A stretch of 63,736 nucleotides of DNA from Verrucomicrobiales bacterium (GTDB lineage: Bacteria; Verrucomicrobiota; Verrucomicrobiia; Limisphaerales; J093), in assembly GCA_037445715.1 (NCBI GenBank), contig JBBIJZ010000004.1, forward strand, positions 18,194-81,929, in the 5' to 3' direction. The notes under the pieces are model-generated. The model made no database searches, was not told where the DNA came from, and saw only the letters and a list, made by a program, of their open reading frames with translations. The translations under genes were made by a program, and so were the position numbers. Of this stretch, positions 52,397 to 60,804 are shown one piece after another; the first letter of the stretch is position 1; each line of letters starts with the position of its first letter.

Positions 52397-52537
52397 CCGA
52401 CCGCCTCCACCCCCGGGAAGGGTCGCCGGCCAACCGAGGTCGCCCAGCCCCCGGCCCGTGCGGCCGGCCAATGCGGCCTTGCCAGCCGGCGGCGGTTCGT
52501 TTCAACTCAGCCGACCTTTGACCTCCAACCCACTGCT

Positions 52538-55249
52538 ATGGATGCCAACAATCGTCCGCCCCCGGCCTTCGCCCGGTCCCGGCTGCCGTGGCTGGTCGCC
52601 GCCGCGGCGCTGGTACTTTACCTGGTGACCTTGAACCGCTGGCTGCAGCTCACCAGCCTGCCGCTGGTGGCGCGCGTGGCCGGCTGGGACCCCTCGCCCA
52701 ACCTCAGCGCGCCGTTGCTGTACCTGGTCACCCTCCCGGTGCGCTGGCTGCCGGGCAGCCTCCTGCCGGTGGCCCTGAACGTCCTGACCGCCCTGATGGC
52801 CGCGCTGACCCTCGGCCTGCTGGCCCGCGCGGTGGCGCTGCTGCCCTTTGACCGCACCCGCGAGGCGCGCCTGCGCGAGCGGGACGCGCAGGGGCTGCTG
52901 AGCCTTCCGCTGGCCTGGGTGGGACCGGCCTTCGCGGTGCTGCTCTGCGGCCTGCAACGCACCTTTTGGGAACATGCCACCGTGGCCACGGGCGAAATGC
53001 TGGACCTGCTGCTCTTCGCCGCGGCGGTCGGGTGCCTGCTCGAATACCGCCTGTCCCGGAACGAGACCTGGCTCACGGCGCTGGCGTTCGGTTACGGCCT
53101 GGCGGTCACGAACAACTACGCGATGATCGCCTTCTTCCCGGCCTTTGTCGTCGCCCTGGTTTGGATCATGGGCTTCGACTTCTTCCGGCTGCGCCTGATG
53201 GCGCGTCTGGCCGGGGCCGGGGTCGCGGGGTTGCTCCTGTACCTGTTGTTGCCGGCGCTGGCCGCGCTCTCGCCGCACGCCGCCGACGCTAGCTTCGGCA
53301 CCTACCTGCGCACGCAACTGGCGGCCCAGAAGGCGGCCCTGGCCGCGGTGCCGCCCTTTGCCGTGCTGCTCATCAGCCTGAGCACGGTGCTCCCGGTGTT
53401 TGTGCTGGCCCTCCGCTGGCGCCGCACCGCCGAGGACACCAGCCGCGCGGGCGCGGTAATGGCCGATTTCTTCACGCGCTTCGTGCACGTGGTCATGCTC
53501 GCGGCGGCGGTGTCGGTGTTTCTGGACCCGGTCTGGAGCCCGCGCGCGCTGGGCTTCGGGCGGGCGATGCTGCCGTTTTACTTCCTGGCCGCGCTGGCGG
53601 CGGGTTATTACACCGGCTACCTGCTGTTGCTGGCGCGCGACCCGGTCGGCCGCGCCGCGTACCTGGTCACCTCCGGGGGCCGGCTGCTGGGCCGGGCGCT
53701 GGCGGCGGCGGCGTTGCTGGCGGCGGTGGCGCTGCCCGTGACACTGGCCGCGCGCAACGGCCCCGCCGTGGCGGCGCTCAACGGCCGGGAACTGGCCCGC
53801 CTGGCGGACCGGTTGGTGGACGCGCTGCCGGCCCGGGACGCCTACGTGCTGAGCGACGACCAGACCAACCTGCTGCTGTTGGAAGCCGGTCTGGCGCGGC
53901 GGGGCGCGGCGGGCGCGCATGTGCTGCTGTGGTCGCGCCTGATGCCCTACCGGCTTTACCAGCAGCAACTGCACCGCCGCTACGGGGCGCGCTGGCGCTG
54001 GGGCGCGGAGAAGGATTTGCCGGAAGTGATCGCGCCCGCGGGGCTGGCCATTCTGGTGCGCAACGTGGCCGCCTCGAACCAACTGTTCTACCTCCACCCC
54101 AGCCTGGGGTACTACTTCGAGCAGGTCGAACAGGTGCCGACCGGCCTGGTGTTTCAGGTCCGGCCCCGCCCGGACGAGTTGACGCCGCGTCCGGCGTTGA
54201 CCGGCGAGGAGCTCGCCCGCGGCGAGGCGGCCTGGGAGGCTTTGCGGCCCGCCCTCGAGGCCCTGCCGGCGGCCGAACCCACCTCCCCGCTCGAGCGCCG
54301 CTACGTAAACGCCTTTTACGCGCGCGGGCTGGCCTCCTGGGGCGCCGCCGTCCAACGCGCCGGCCAGCCGGACCGCGCCCGCCGCTGGCTGGAGCTGGCC
54401 CTGCGCCTGAACCCGGCCAACACCGCCGCCCGGATCACCCTGGCCTTCAACGACGCCCTCCGCGCCGGCCGCCTCCCCGCGCTGGACGGCCCCACCCAGC
54501 CGGACTTGTCCGAGGAGCGTCGCGGCTGGGACCAACTGGTCGTCGAGGACGGGCTCTTTGACCACGTGCAGTTCTCCTATCGCCTGGGGCTGCTCTTTGT
54601 GGAAAGCGCCTACTTCCGCCAGGCGCTGACCGAGTTTCAGCGTGTGCGCGCGCTGCTGCCCGACCACCCCGAGGTGGGCATCTGGGAGCAGGTCATGATC
54701 GCCCTGAGCCGGTTCACCCGCGGCGAGGTGGCGGAGGCGGAGGCGCAGGTGCTCGAATTGCGCGCCCGGCATCCGCGCAACGTGAACGTGCTCGAGGCAC
54801 TCAACCAGATTTACCAGGCCACCGGCCGCCTCACCAACGCGCTGGAGACCCTGCGCGCCCAGATCGAACTCGAACCGGACAACGCCCGGGCCCTGCTCAA
54901 CCTGGCCGCGCTGCACATCCAGATGAAGAATTACGACGCCGCGCTGCCCCCGCTCAACACCCTGCTCAGGAACAACCCGAAGAACACCGCCGCCCTGCTC
55001 AACCGCGCCATTGCCCACCTCCAGGCCGGGCGGTTGGACGCGGCCCGCCAGGACTACGAGGCCCTCCGCGCGCTGGTGCCCGAGTCCTACGCGGTGTATT
55101 TCGGCCTGGGCGAGATCGCCCTGCGCCAGCAGGACAAGGCGGCGGCGTTGCAGCATTTCGAGACCTACCTCAAGTACGGCATCCGCGGCTCCGAGGAGTA
55201 CAAGAGCGTGGAAGAACGGATCCGCCGCCTGAAGGCCGGCGGCGCCTAG
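52538..55249 (+). CDS. large polytopic membrane protein (GT-C-like, DUF2723/PMT-like N-terminal half) with C-terminal TPR array
   Basis: About 11 TM helices lie in aa 1-430. The soluble C-terminal ~450 aa has multiple TPRs (ALLNLAALHIQMKNYDAALPPLNTLLRNNPKN, AALLNRAIAHLQAGRLDAARQDYEAL, YFGLGEIALRQQDKAAALQHFETYLKY). The GT-C assignment is tentative. Confidence 0.65.
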   Translation: MDANNRPPPAFARSRLPWLVAAAALVLYLVTLNRWLQLTSLPLVARVAGWDPSPNLSAPLLYLVTLPVRWLPGSLLPVALNVLTALMAALTLGLLARAVALLPFDRTREARLRERDAQGLLSLPLAWVGPAFAVLLCGLQRTFWEHATVATGEMLDLLLFAAAVGCLLEYRLSRNETWLTALAFGYGLAVTNNYAMIAFFPAFVVALVWIMGFDFFRLRLMARLAGAGVAGLLLYLLLPALAALSPHAADASFGTYLRTQLAAQKAALAAVPPFAVLLISLSTVLPVFVLALRWRRTAEDTSRAGAVMADFFTRFVHVVMLAAAVSVFLDPVWSPRALGFGRAMLPFYFLAALAAGYYTGYLLLLARDPVGRAAYLVTSGGRLLGRALAAAALLAAVALPVTLAARNGPAVAALNGRELARLADRLVDALPARDAYVLSDDQTNLLLLEAGLARRGAAGAHVLLWSRLMPYRLYQQQLHRRYGARWRWGAEKDLPEVIAPAGLAILVRNVAASNQLFYLHPSLGYYFEQVEQVPTGLVFQVRPRPDELTPRPALTGEELARGEAAWEALRPALEALPAAEPTSPLERRYVNAFYARGLASWGAAVQRAGQPDRARRWLELALRLNPANTAARITLAFNDALRAGRLPALDGPTQPDLSEERRGWDQLVVEDGLFDHVQFSYRLGLLFVESAYFRQALTEFQRVRALLPDHPEVGIWEQVMIALSRFTRGEVAEAEAQVLELRARHPRNVNVLEALNQIYQATGRLTNALETLRAQIELEPDNARALLNLAALHIQMKNYDAALPPLNTLLRNNPKNTAALLNRAIAHLQAGRLDAARQDYEALRALVPESYAVYFGLGEIALRQQDKAAALQHFETYLKYGIRGSEEYKSVEERIRRLKAGGA

Positions 55250-55255
55250 CCGGTC

Positions 55256-56437
55256 ATGCGCGTGACCCACGTCATCACCCGCCTCGTGGTGGGTGGGGCG
55301 CAGGAAAACACCATCGCCTCGGTCCTCGGCCTGCGCCGCCGCCCCGGACTGGAGGTGGACCTGGTGGCCGGGCCCACCACCGGCGCGGAGGGCTCGCTCG
55401 AAGCCCTGGTCGCGGGCGAGCCCGGCCTGTTCACGCGCGTGCCTTCGCTGGTGCGCGCGGTCAACCCCTGGCTGGACGCGCGCGCGTACCTGGCCCTGCG
55501 CCGGCTCTTCCGTCAGCGGCGGCCGGACCTGGTGCACACCCACAGCGGCAAGGCGGGGGTGCTGGGGCGCCTGGCGGCCCGCGCGGCCGGCGTACCCCTC
55601 ATCGTCCACACCATCCACGGACCGTCGTTTGGTCCGTTCCAGGGGTTCCTGGCCAACGCCCTGTTCAAGGCGGCGGAGCGCCGGGCGGGTCGGGTGACCA
55701 CGCACTTCGTGGTCGTGGCGCAAGCCATGGCCGAGCAGTACCTCGCCGCCGGCATCGGCCGCCCCGAACAGTACACGCGCATCGTCAGCGGCTTCCCCCT
55801 CGAACCGTTTCTCGCCGCCCGCCACGACCCGGACGTGCGCGCCCGCTGGGGGCTGGCGCCGGACGATTTCGTCGTGGGCAAGATCGCCCGCCTCTTCAAG
55901 CTCAAGGGCCATGACGAGCTCCTCACCGCCGCGCCCCACCTGGTCCGGCAATGCCCGTGGATGAAATTCCTGCTGGTGGGCGACGGCCCCTGGCGGGCGC
56001 GCCTGGAGGCCCGGGTCCGTGACCTGGGCCTCGCACGCCACGTGGTCTTCACCGGCCTGGTTCCGCCCGCGCAAATCCCCGAGCTGGTGGGCGTGATGGA
56101 CGTGGTGGTGCACCTGTCCCGTCGCGAAGGCCTGGCGCGGGCCCTGCCCCAGGCCCTGGCCGCCGGCCGGCCCGTGATCGCTTACGCATGCGACGGCGCC
56201 GGCGAGGTCTGCCGCAATGGCGAGACCGGTTTCCTCATCGCGCCGGGAGACCTGGCCTCGCTGCAACGGCGCCTGCTCGAACTGGCCGCCGACCCGCGCC
56301 GCCGCCACCAGTTGGGCCGGCAGGGGCAGGCGCTGGTGCGCGACTGGTTCCCGTTGGAGCGCATGATCGAGGACCTGTACCAACTCTACCTGCGCCTGGC
56401 CGCGGCAGCGGGGCGCGTCCGCCGCGAAACCCGGTAG
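55256..56437 (+). CDS. glycosyltransferase family 4 (GT-B fold)
   Basis: MRVTHVITRLVVGGAQE (N-terminal GT4 opening), then the C-terminal E(x7)E region SRREGLARALPQALAAGRPVIAYACDGAGEV...GETGFL. Confidence 0.85.
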   Translation: MRVTHVITRLVVGGAQENTIASVLGLRRRPGLEVDLVAGPTTGAEGSLEALVAGEPGLFTRVPSLVRAVNPWLDARAYLALRRLFRQRRPDLVHTHSGKAGVLGRLAARAAGVPLIVHTIHGPSFGPFQGFLANALFKAAERRAGRVTTHFVVVAQAMAEQYLAAGIGRPEQYTRIVSGFPLEPFLAARHDPDVRARWGLAPDDFVVGKIARLFKLKGHDELLTAAPHLVRQCPWMKFLLVGDGPWRARLEARVRDLGLARHVVFTGLVPPAQIPELVGVMDVVVHLSRREGLARALPQALAAGRPVIAYACDGAGEVCRNGETGFLIAPGDLASLQRRLLELAADPRRRHQLGRQGQALVRDWFPLERMIEDLYQLYLRLAAAAGRVRRETR

Positions 56438-56586
56438 GGTGCCGCGGCGCCGGCGCCGTGGACGGCCGTGGGCGGCCAGGTCGAGGCAGGGCGTCGCGCC
56501 CGGCGGCGGGGAGCCGCGTGGCGATCGGCTAAACCGCCGACGTCACTCGACTCGAACCTGCTGCCCGGGACAACACCAGCCGCCGG

Positions 56587-56668
56587 TGGCCGCACTCCAA
56601 ACGCTGCGCGAAGATGCAGCGCCCGAGGCGGCGCGAAGCGTCTGGAGTGCGCCGGCTTGCCGGCGCTG
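56587..56668. repeat. pair of inverted REP-like elements (core AGCGT(T/C)TGGAGTGCG), one with an 8-bp GC hairpin
   Basis: 56591..56604 (GCACTCCAAACGCT) is the reverse complement of 56636..56649 (AGCGTCTGGAGTGC) with one mismatch. The hairpin GCGCCGGC-TT-GCCGGCGC is at 56648..56665. A third copy lies at 63651..63690. Confidence 0.55.
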
Positions 56669-56805
56669 TACGTGGCCCCGGCGGCCGCGTCGCAGCGCGG
56701 TCCTACCTGGTGAAAGCCGCGGCCAAGCTGTTCGGGCGGCGTTGCCGGACTCCGGTCTGTTCGGCCGGTGGTCCGTTGCCGTAGGCTGCGCGCGCGGAAC
56801 GGGAC

Positions 56806-57780
56806 ATGGGTTTTCCCCTCAACGTCTATGCCCTGGCCCTGGCCGGTGGTTTTTTCGCCACCCTGGCCGCCGTGCCGGTGTGGCGGGCGTGGTGTCGGCG
56901 CGCCGGCTGGGTGGATGAGCCCGGTCACCGCAAAATCCACCACACCCCCGTGCCCCTGGCCGGCGGGTTGGCGGTGCTGACCGGCCTGGCGGTGCCGCTG
57001 GCGCTGGGCGCGCTGGCCCTGCACCTGGGTTGGCTGGACCTGCCCACCCGCGGCGCCCTCGGTCACGGTTACGCCCGGCGCGCGCCGCAACTGCTGGCCA
57101 TTCTGGCCGGCGCGCTGGGCATGGTGGGGCTGGGGTGGTGGGATGACCGTTACGAGTTGCGCCCCGCCGCCAAGTTCCTCGGGCAGGTCCTCCTCGCGCT
57201 GGCGGTGGCGGCCGCCGGCGTGCGCGCCACGCTGTTCGTGCCCAGCCTGGGGTTCAGCCTGATGGTGACCACGCTCTGGATCGTGACCGTGACCAACGCC
57301 TTCAACTTCCTCGACAACATGAACGGCCTGTGCGCGGGCGTGGGAGCCATCGGCGCGGGCTGTTTCGCGCTCAAGGCGGCGGTGGGCGGACAATACCTGG
57401 TGGCGGCGCTGGCCCTGTTGGTGACGGCCGCGCTGGTCGGTTTCCTGCCGTACAATTTCCCCCGCGCCACGGTCTTCCTGGGCGATGCCGGCAGTCACCT
57501 GGTGGGGTACCTGCTCGCGGTGCTGGCCATTTTGCCGGACTACTACTCGCCCGCGCACCCGGTGCGCACCGCCGTGCTCAACCCGCTGCTCATCCTCGCC
57601 GTGCCCCTGGGCGACCTGGTGCGAGTGGTGCTCTGGCGCTGGCGACACGGCCGGCCGGTGTACGTGGGCGACACCAACCACCTCTCGCACCTGCTGGTCC
57701 GGCGCGGCCTGCGTCCCACCACCGCCGTGCTCCTGATCTGGCTCCTGGCCGCCGCGTTGGGCGCCCTGAGTTTTCTGTAA
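56806..57780 (+). CDS. polyprenyl-phosphate N-acetylhexosamine-1-phosphate transferase (MraY/WecA, glycosyltransferase family 4 of the PNPT superfamily)
   Basis: DD.YEL, NAFNFLDNMNGLCAG (the N.(F/I)D.(M/L)(D/N)GL motif) and FLGD.GS, with about 10 TM helices. Confidence 0.85.
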   Translation: MGFPLNVYALALAGGFFATLAAVPVWRAWCRRAGWVDEPGHRKIHHTPVPLAGGLAVLTGLAVPLALGALALHLGWLDLPTRGALGHGYARRAPQLLAILAGALGMVGLGWWDDRYELRPAAKFLGQVLLALAVAAAGVRATLFVPSLGFSLMVTTLWIVTVTNAFNFLDNMNGLCAGVGAIGAGCFALKAAVGGQYLVAALALLVTAALVGFLPYNFPRATVFLGDAGSHLVGYLLAVLAILPDYYSPAHPVRTAVLNPLLILAVPLGDLVRVVLWRWRHGRPVYVGDTNHLSHLLVRRGLRPTTAVLLIWLLAAALGALSFL

Positions 57781-57982
57781 ACCGCAGGCCGGCCCGGCCA
57801 CGCCGCACCGCCGCCGTCCCGGAAGTTGATTGTACCCTCCGCGGACCGCGCCGGCGCAGGTCCTCGACTTCGGCCTTCGGACTTCGGCTTTTTTCCTTTG
57901 GGCTCGGGCTTCCGACCTGTTCACCCGCGCCGCCCTCCAGCGCCGGCTTGACGCCCGCGCCGGCGCCCGCCAAAACCCGGTC

Positions 57983-59296
57983 GTGAACCACACACATCGC
58001 ACCCCGCCGTCCCGGACGTCGCGCGCGCCGCTCTCCCGCCGCCAGTTCCTGGGCACCGCGGCGGCGCTCGCCGCGCCCCTGGTCATTCCGGCCACGGCGC
58101 TGGGCCGGGGCGGACGGGTCGCGCCCAGCGAACGCATCGTCATGGGGTGCATCGGCGTGGGCGGACAGGGGACGCGGCAAATGGCCGGCGGCATCTGGTC
58201 GCCGGCGGGCGGCTTCATCAGCCAGCCGGGTGTGCAAATCGTGGCGGTGTGCGACGTGAACGCGGCCAACCGCCAGCGCGCCCGCGACATCGTCAACGAG
58301 AAGTACGGCAACCAGGATTGCGCCGCGTACGTGGACTTCCGCGAGTTGCTGGCCCGGCCGGATATTGACGCCATCCTCTCCGCCACCGGCGAACGGTGGC
58401 ATCCGCTCATTGCCATTGAGGCGGTCAAGGCCGGCAAGGACGTGTACTCGGAGAAGCCGCTGTCGCTGTCCATCGGCGAGGCGCGGGCGGTGGCCGACGC
58501 CGTGCGGCGGTACGGGCGCATCTTCCAGATCGGCACGCAGCAGCGGTCCTGGTACGAGTTTCGGTTCGCCTGCGAGCTGGTCCGCAACGGCTACCTCGGC
58601 GAGGTGCGCCGGGTCACGGCGGACGTGGACGGCAACGCCGCGCATTGCACGCTGCCCGGCGAGCCCGCGCCCGACCCGGCGGTTTTTCACTGGGACCTCT
58701 GGCTGGGGCCCTCGCCCTGGCGGCCGTACCACTCAAAAATCCCCGGCAGTTGGATGGCCTGGCGCGATTACTCCGGGGGCGACATGACCAACTGGGGCGC
58801 GCACGTCTTCGACATCGTCCAGTGGGGCCTGGGGATGGACGACAGCGGGCCGGTGGAAATCCTCCCGCCCGACGGCCGGGACGTGAAACGGCTGACCTAC
58901 ATCTACCCGAACGGCGTCCGCTGCGTGCGCGACCGCGTGCCGGGCCACAGCAAGGGCATCATGTTCCAGGGTACCCGGGGGGTGGTGAAGGTCAGCCGCG
59001 AGTTGTTCGAGACCGAGCCGGCCAGCCTCAAGAAGGTCCGACTCGGGCCCAACGACCTCCGCCTGCACGAGGCGTACAATCACCACACCGATTTCCTCGA
59101 CAGCGTGCGCTCCCGCCGCCCGCCCGGGGCCAACGCCGAAGTGGCCTGCCGCTCGATCACCGTGGCGCACCTGGGCAACCTGGCCGAGGACCTGGGTCGC
59201 CCGTTGAAGTGGGACCCGCGCCGCGAACGCTTCGTGAACGACCCCGAGGCCGACCGCTTTATCACACGGCCGCTGCGTCCCCCGTGGCATCTCTGA
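57983..59296 (+). CDS. Tat-signal Gfo/Idh/MocA-family oxidoreductase
   Basis: GTG at 57983 gives MNHTHRTPPSRTSRAPLSRRQFLGTAAALAAP (twin-arginine SRRQFL). The Rossmann motif is MGCIGVGGQG, followed by EKP (YSEKPLS). Confidence 0.85.
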   Translation: MNHTHRTPPSRTSRAPLSRRQFLGTAAALAAPLVIPATALGRGGRVAPSERIVMGCIGVGGQGTRQMAGGIWSPAGGFISQPGVQIVAVCDVNAANRQRARDIVNEKYGNQDCAAYVDFRELLARPDIDAILSATGERWHPLIAIEAVKAGKDVYSEKPLSLSIGEARAVADAVRRYGRIFQIGTQQRSWYEFRFACELVRNGYLGEVRRVTADVDGNAAHCTLPGEPAPDPAVFHWDLWLGPSPWRPYHSKIPGSWMAWRDYSGGDMTNWGAHVFDIVQWGLGMDDSGPVEILPPDGRDVKRLTYIYPNGVRCVRDRVPGHSKGIMFQGTRGVVKVSRELFETEPASLKKVRLGPNDLRLHEAYNHHTDFLDSVRSRRPPGANAEVACRSITVAHLGNLAEDLGRPLKWDPRRERFVNDPEADRFITRPLRPPWHL

Positions 59297-59448
59297 GGCG
59301 CGGGACCCCCGGCGGGACGTCGGCACCGCACCGGCGAGAACACCGGCCGGCGGAAAAGTCCGGCGCTCACCGCCACCCGCCACGCCCCGGTGCCCGGCAC
59401 GCTTTGGACTCGACGCCCGAACCGGACGCCCACAACTTCTCACCCGCC

Positions 59449-60738
59449 ATGAAACACCCCTTGCTCCGTTTCGCCCGTGGACTCCGCGTGCTCGCGGGCC
59501 TGCTCGGCCTGCTGGCCCTGGCGCTCCCCGCGCGGGCCGAGTTCCGCGCCGCCATCGCCGTCCGCAACGTCACCCCCGATCCCCTCCTGCCGGTCTCCGG
59601 CGGCGTCGGCCCCTCGCATCCGACCACCCGCAAGGCGGGCGAGCTGACCGCGCGCGCGCTGGTGCTCGAAAACGACGGCACCCGCGTCGCCCTCGTCAGC
59701 GTGGACTTCCTCGGCTTCCCCGCCGTGCTGGGCGACAAGGTCCGCGCCCGCGTGTCCGGCATCCCGGCCACGAACATCCTCATCGGCGCCACCCACACCC
59801 ACAGCGCGCCGGACTGCTACGGCTTCCCGGACGAGACCGGCCGGACCGGCGCCGATTTGAAGTACCTGGAGTGGGTCTGTGCCCGGACGGCCGAGGCCAT
59901 CAACGAGGCGGTCGCCCGCCTGGCGCCCGCGGCGGTGAAGATCGCCACCGGCGAGGCGCGGGGCCGCATCGCCTACAACTACTACGCCGAGCAGCTCTAC
60001 GACCCCCGCTGCCACGTCATCCAGGTCCTGGACCCCGCCGGCCGACCCGTGGCCACGCTGGTCAACTACGCCATCCACCCCGAAGTGCTCGGCTCCCGCC
60101 AGGGCATCCTCAGCCCCGACCTGGTGGGACCGTTGTACGACCGGCTGGCCGAGGCCGGCGGCGGCACCGGCATCTTCCTCAACAGCGCCCAGGGCGGCAT
60201 GGTCACCGCCGACAACCGCCGCCCCGACGGCCGCGAGGTCAACGACTGGTCCGAGTGCGAGCGCATCGGCCGCCTGCTGGCCGACGAAGCCCTGCGCCTC
60301 GTGGCCGACGCCCCGGTTCAGAAAAACCCCCGCCTCCAGTGCTTCGCGCGCACCCTCGAGTTTCCCGTGGACTCGCCGCTGTTGCTGGCGGTGATGCGGG
60401 CCTCGCCGCTGGGCTTCCGGCCCGTGCGTGAGCGTCACGTGGCCACGATGCTGAATCTGGTCAACCTCGGCAACGCCCAGTTGCTCACCATCCCCGGCGA
60501 GGCCCTGCCCAACATCGGCTACTACCTCAAGCGCAAGATGGCCGGCGAACACAACCTGCTGCTGGGGCTGACCAACGACGCCTTCGGCTACATCCTCACC
60601 AAGGAAGACTGGGGCAGCTTCAAGCGCTACGACTACATCACCCGCACCTGCCTGGGCGAACTGACCGGCGAGATTTACGTCCGCGAAGCCCTCCACCTCG
60701 TCGCCGACTGTCCGCCGCCGGAACGCCTGGCCCCTTGA
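59449..60738 (+). CDS. secreted neutral/alkaline ceramidase-like hydrolase (N-terminal domain family)
   Basis: Signal peptide MKHPLLRFARGLRVLAGLLGLLALALPARA. LVSVDFLGF and IGATHTHSAPD resemble the zinc-site region of neutral ceramidase-type enzymes. Confidence 0.7.
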   Translation: MKHPLLRFARGLRVLAGLLGLLALALPARAEFRAAIAVRNVTPDPLLPVSGGVGPSHPTTRKAGELTARALVLENDGTRVALVSVDFLGFPAVLGDKVRARVSGIPATNILIGATHTHSAPDCYGFPDETGRTGADLKYLEWVCARTAEAINEAVARLAPAAVKIATGEARGRIAYNYYAEQLYDPRCHVIQVLDPAGRPVATLVNYAIHPEVLGSRQGILSPDLVGPLYDRLAEAGGGTGIFLNSAQGGMVTADNRRPDGREVNDWSECERIGRLLADEALRLVADAPVQKNPRLQCFARTLEFPVDSPLLLAVMRASPLGFRPVRERHVATMLNLVNLGNAQLLTIPGEALPNIGYYLKRKMAGEHNLLLGLTNDAFGYILTKEDWGSFKRYDYITRTCLGELTGEIYVREALHLVADCPPPERLAP

Positions 60739-60804
60739 GTCGCCGCGCCGCCGCCGGCGATTCCGGCTTGGCCGCCCCGACCCCGCCGCTCCTTTGTCAG
60801 CGTC

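Noticed and set aside
52502-56383. 1293-aa ORF on the minus strand
   Set aside because: It is antisense to the GT-C-like/TPR gene and the GT4 gene. The translation is Arg/Gln/Gly/Pro/His-rich junk with no motifs.
57850-57900. Threefold CTTCGG repeat followed by T6 (GACTTCGGCCTTCGGACTTCGGCTTTTTT) after the WecA-like gene
   Set aside because: The repeats are direct, not inverted, so no stable hairpin precedes the T-tract. This is not supportable as an intrinsic terminator.
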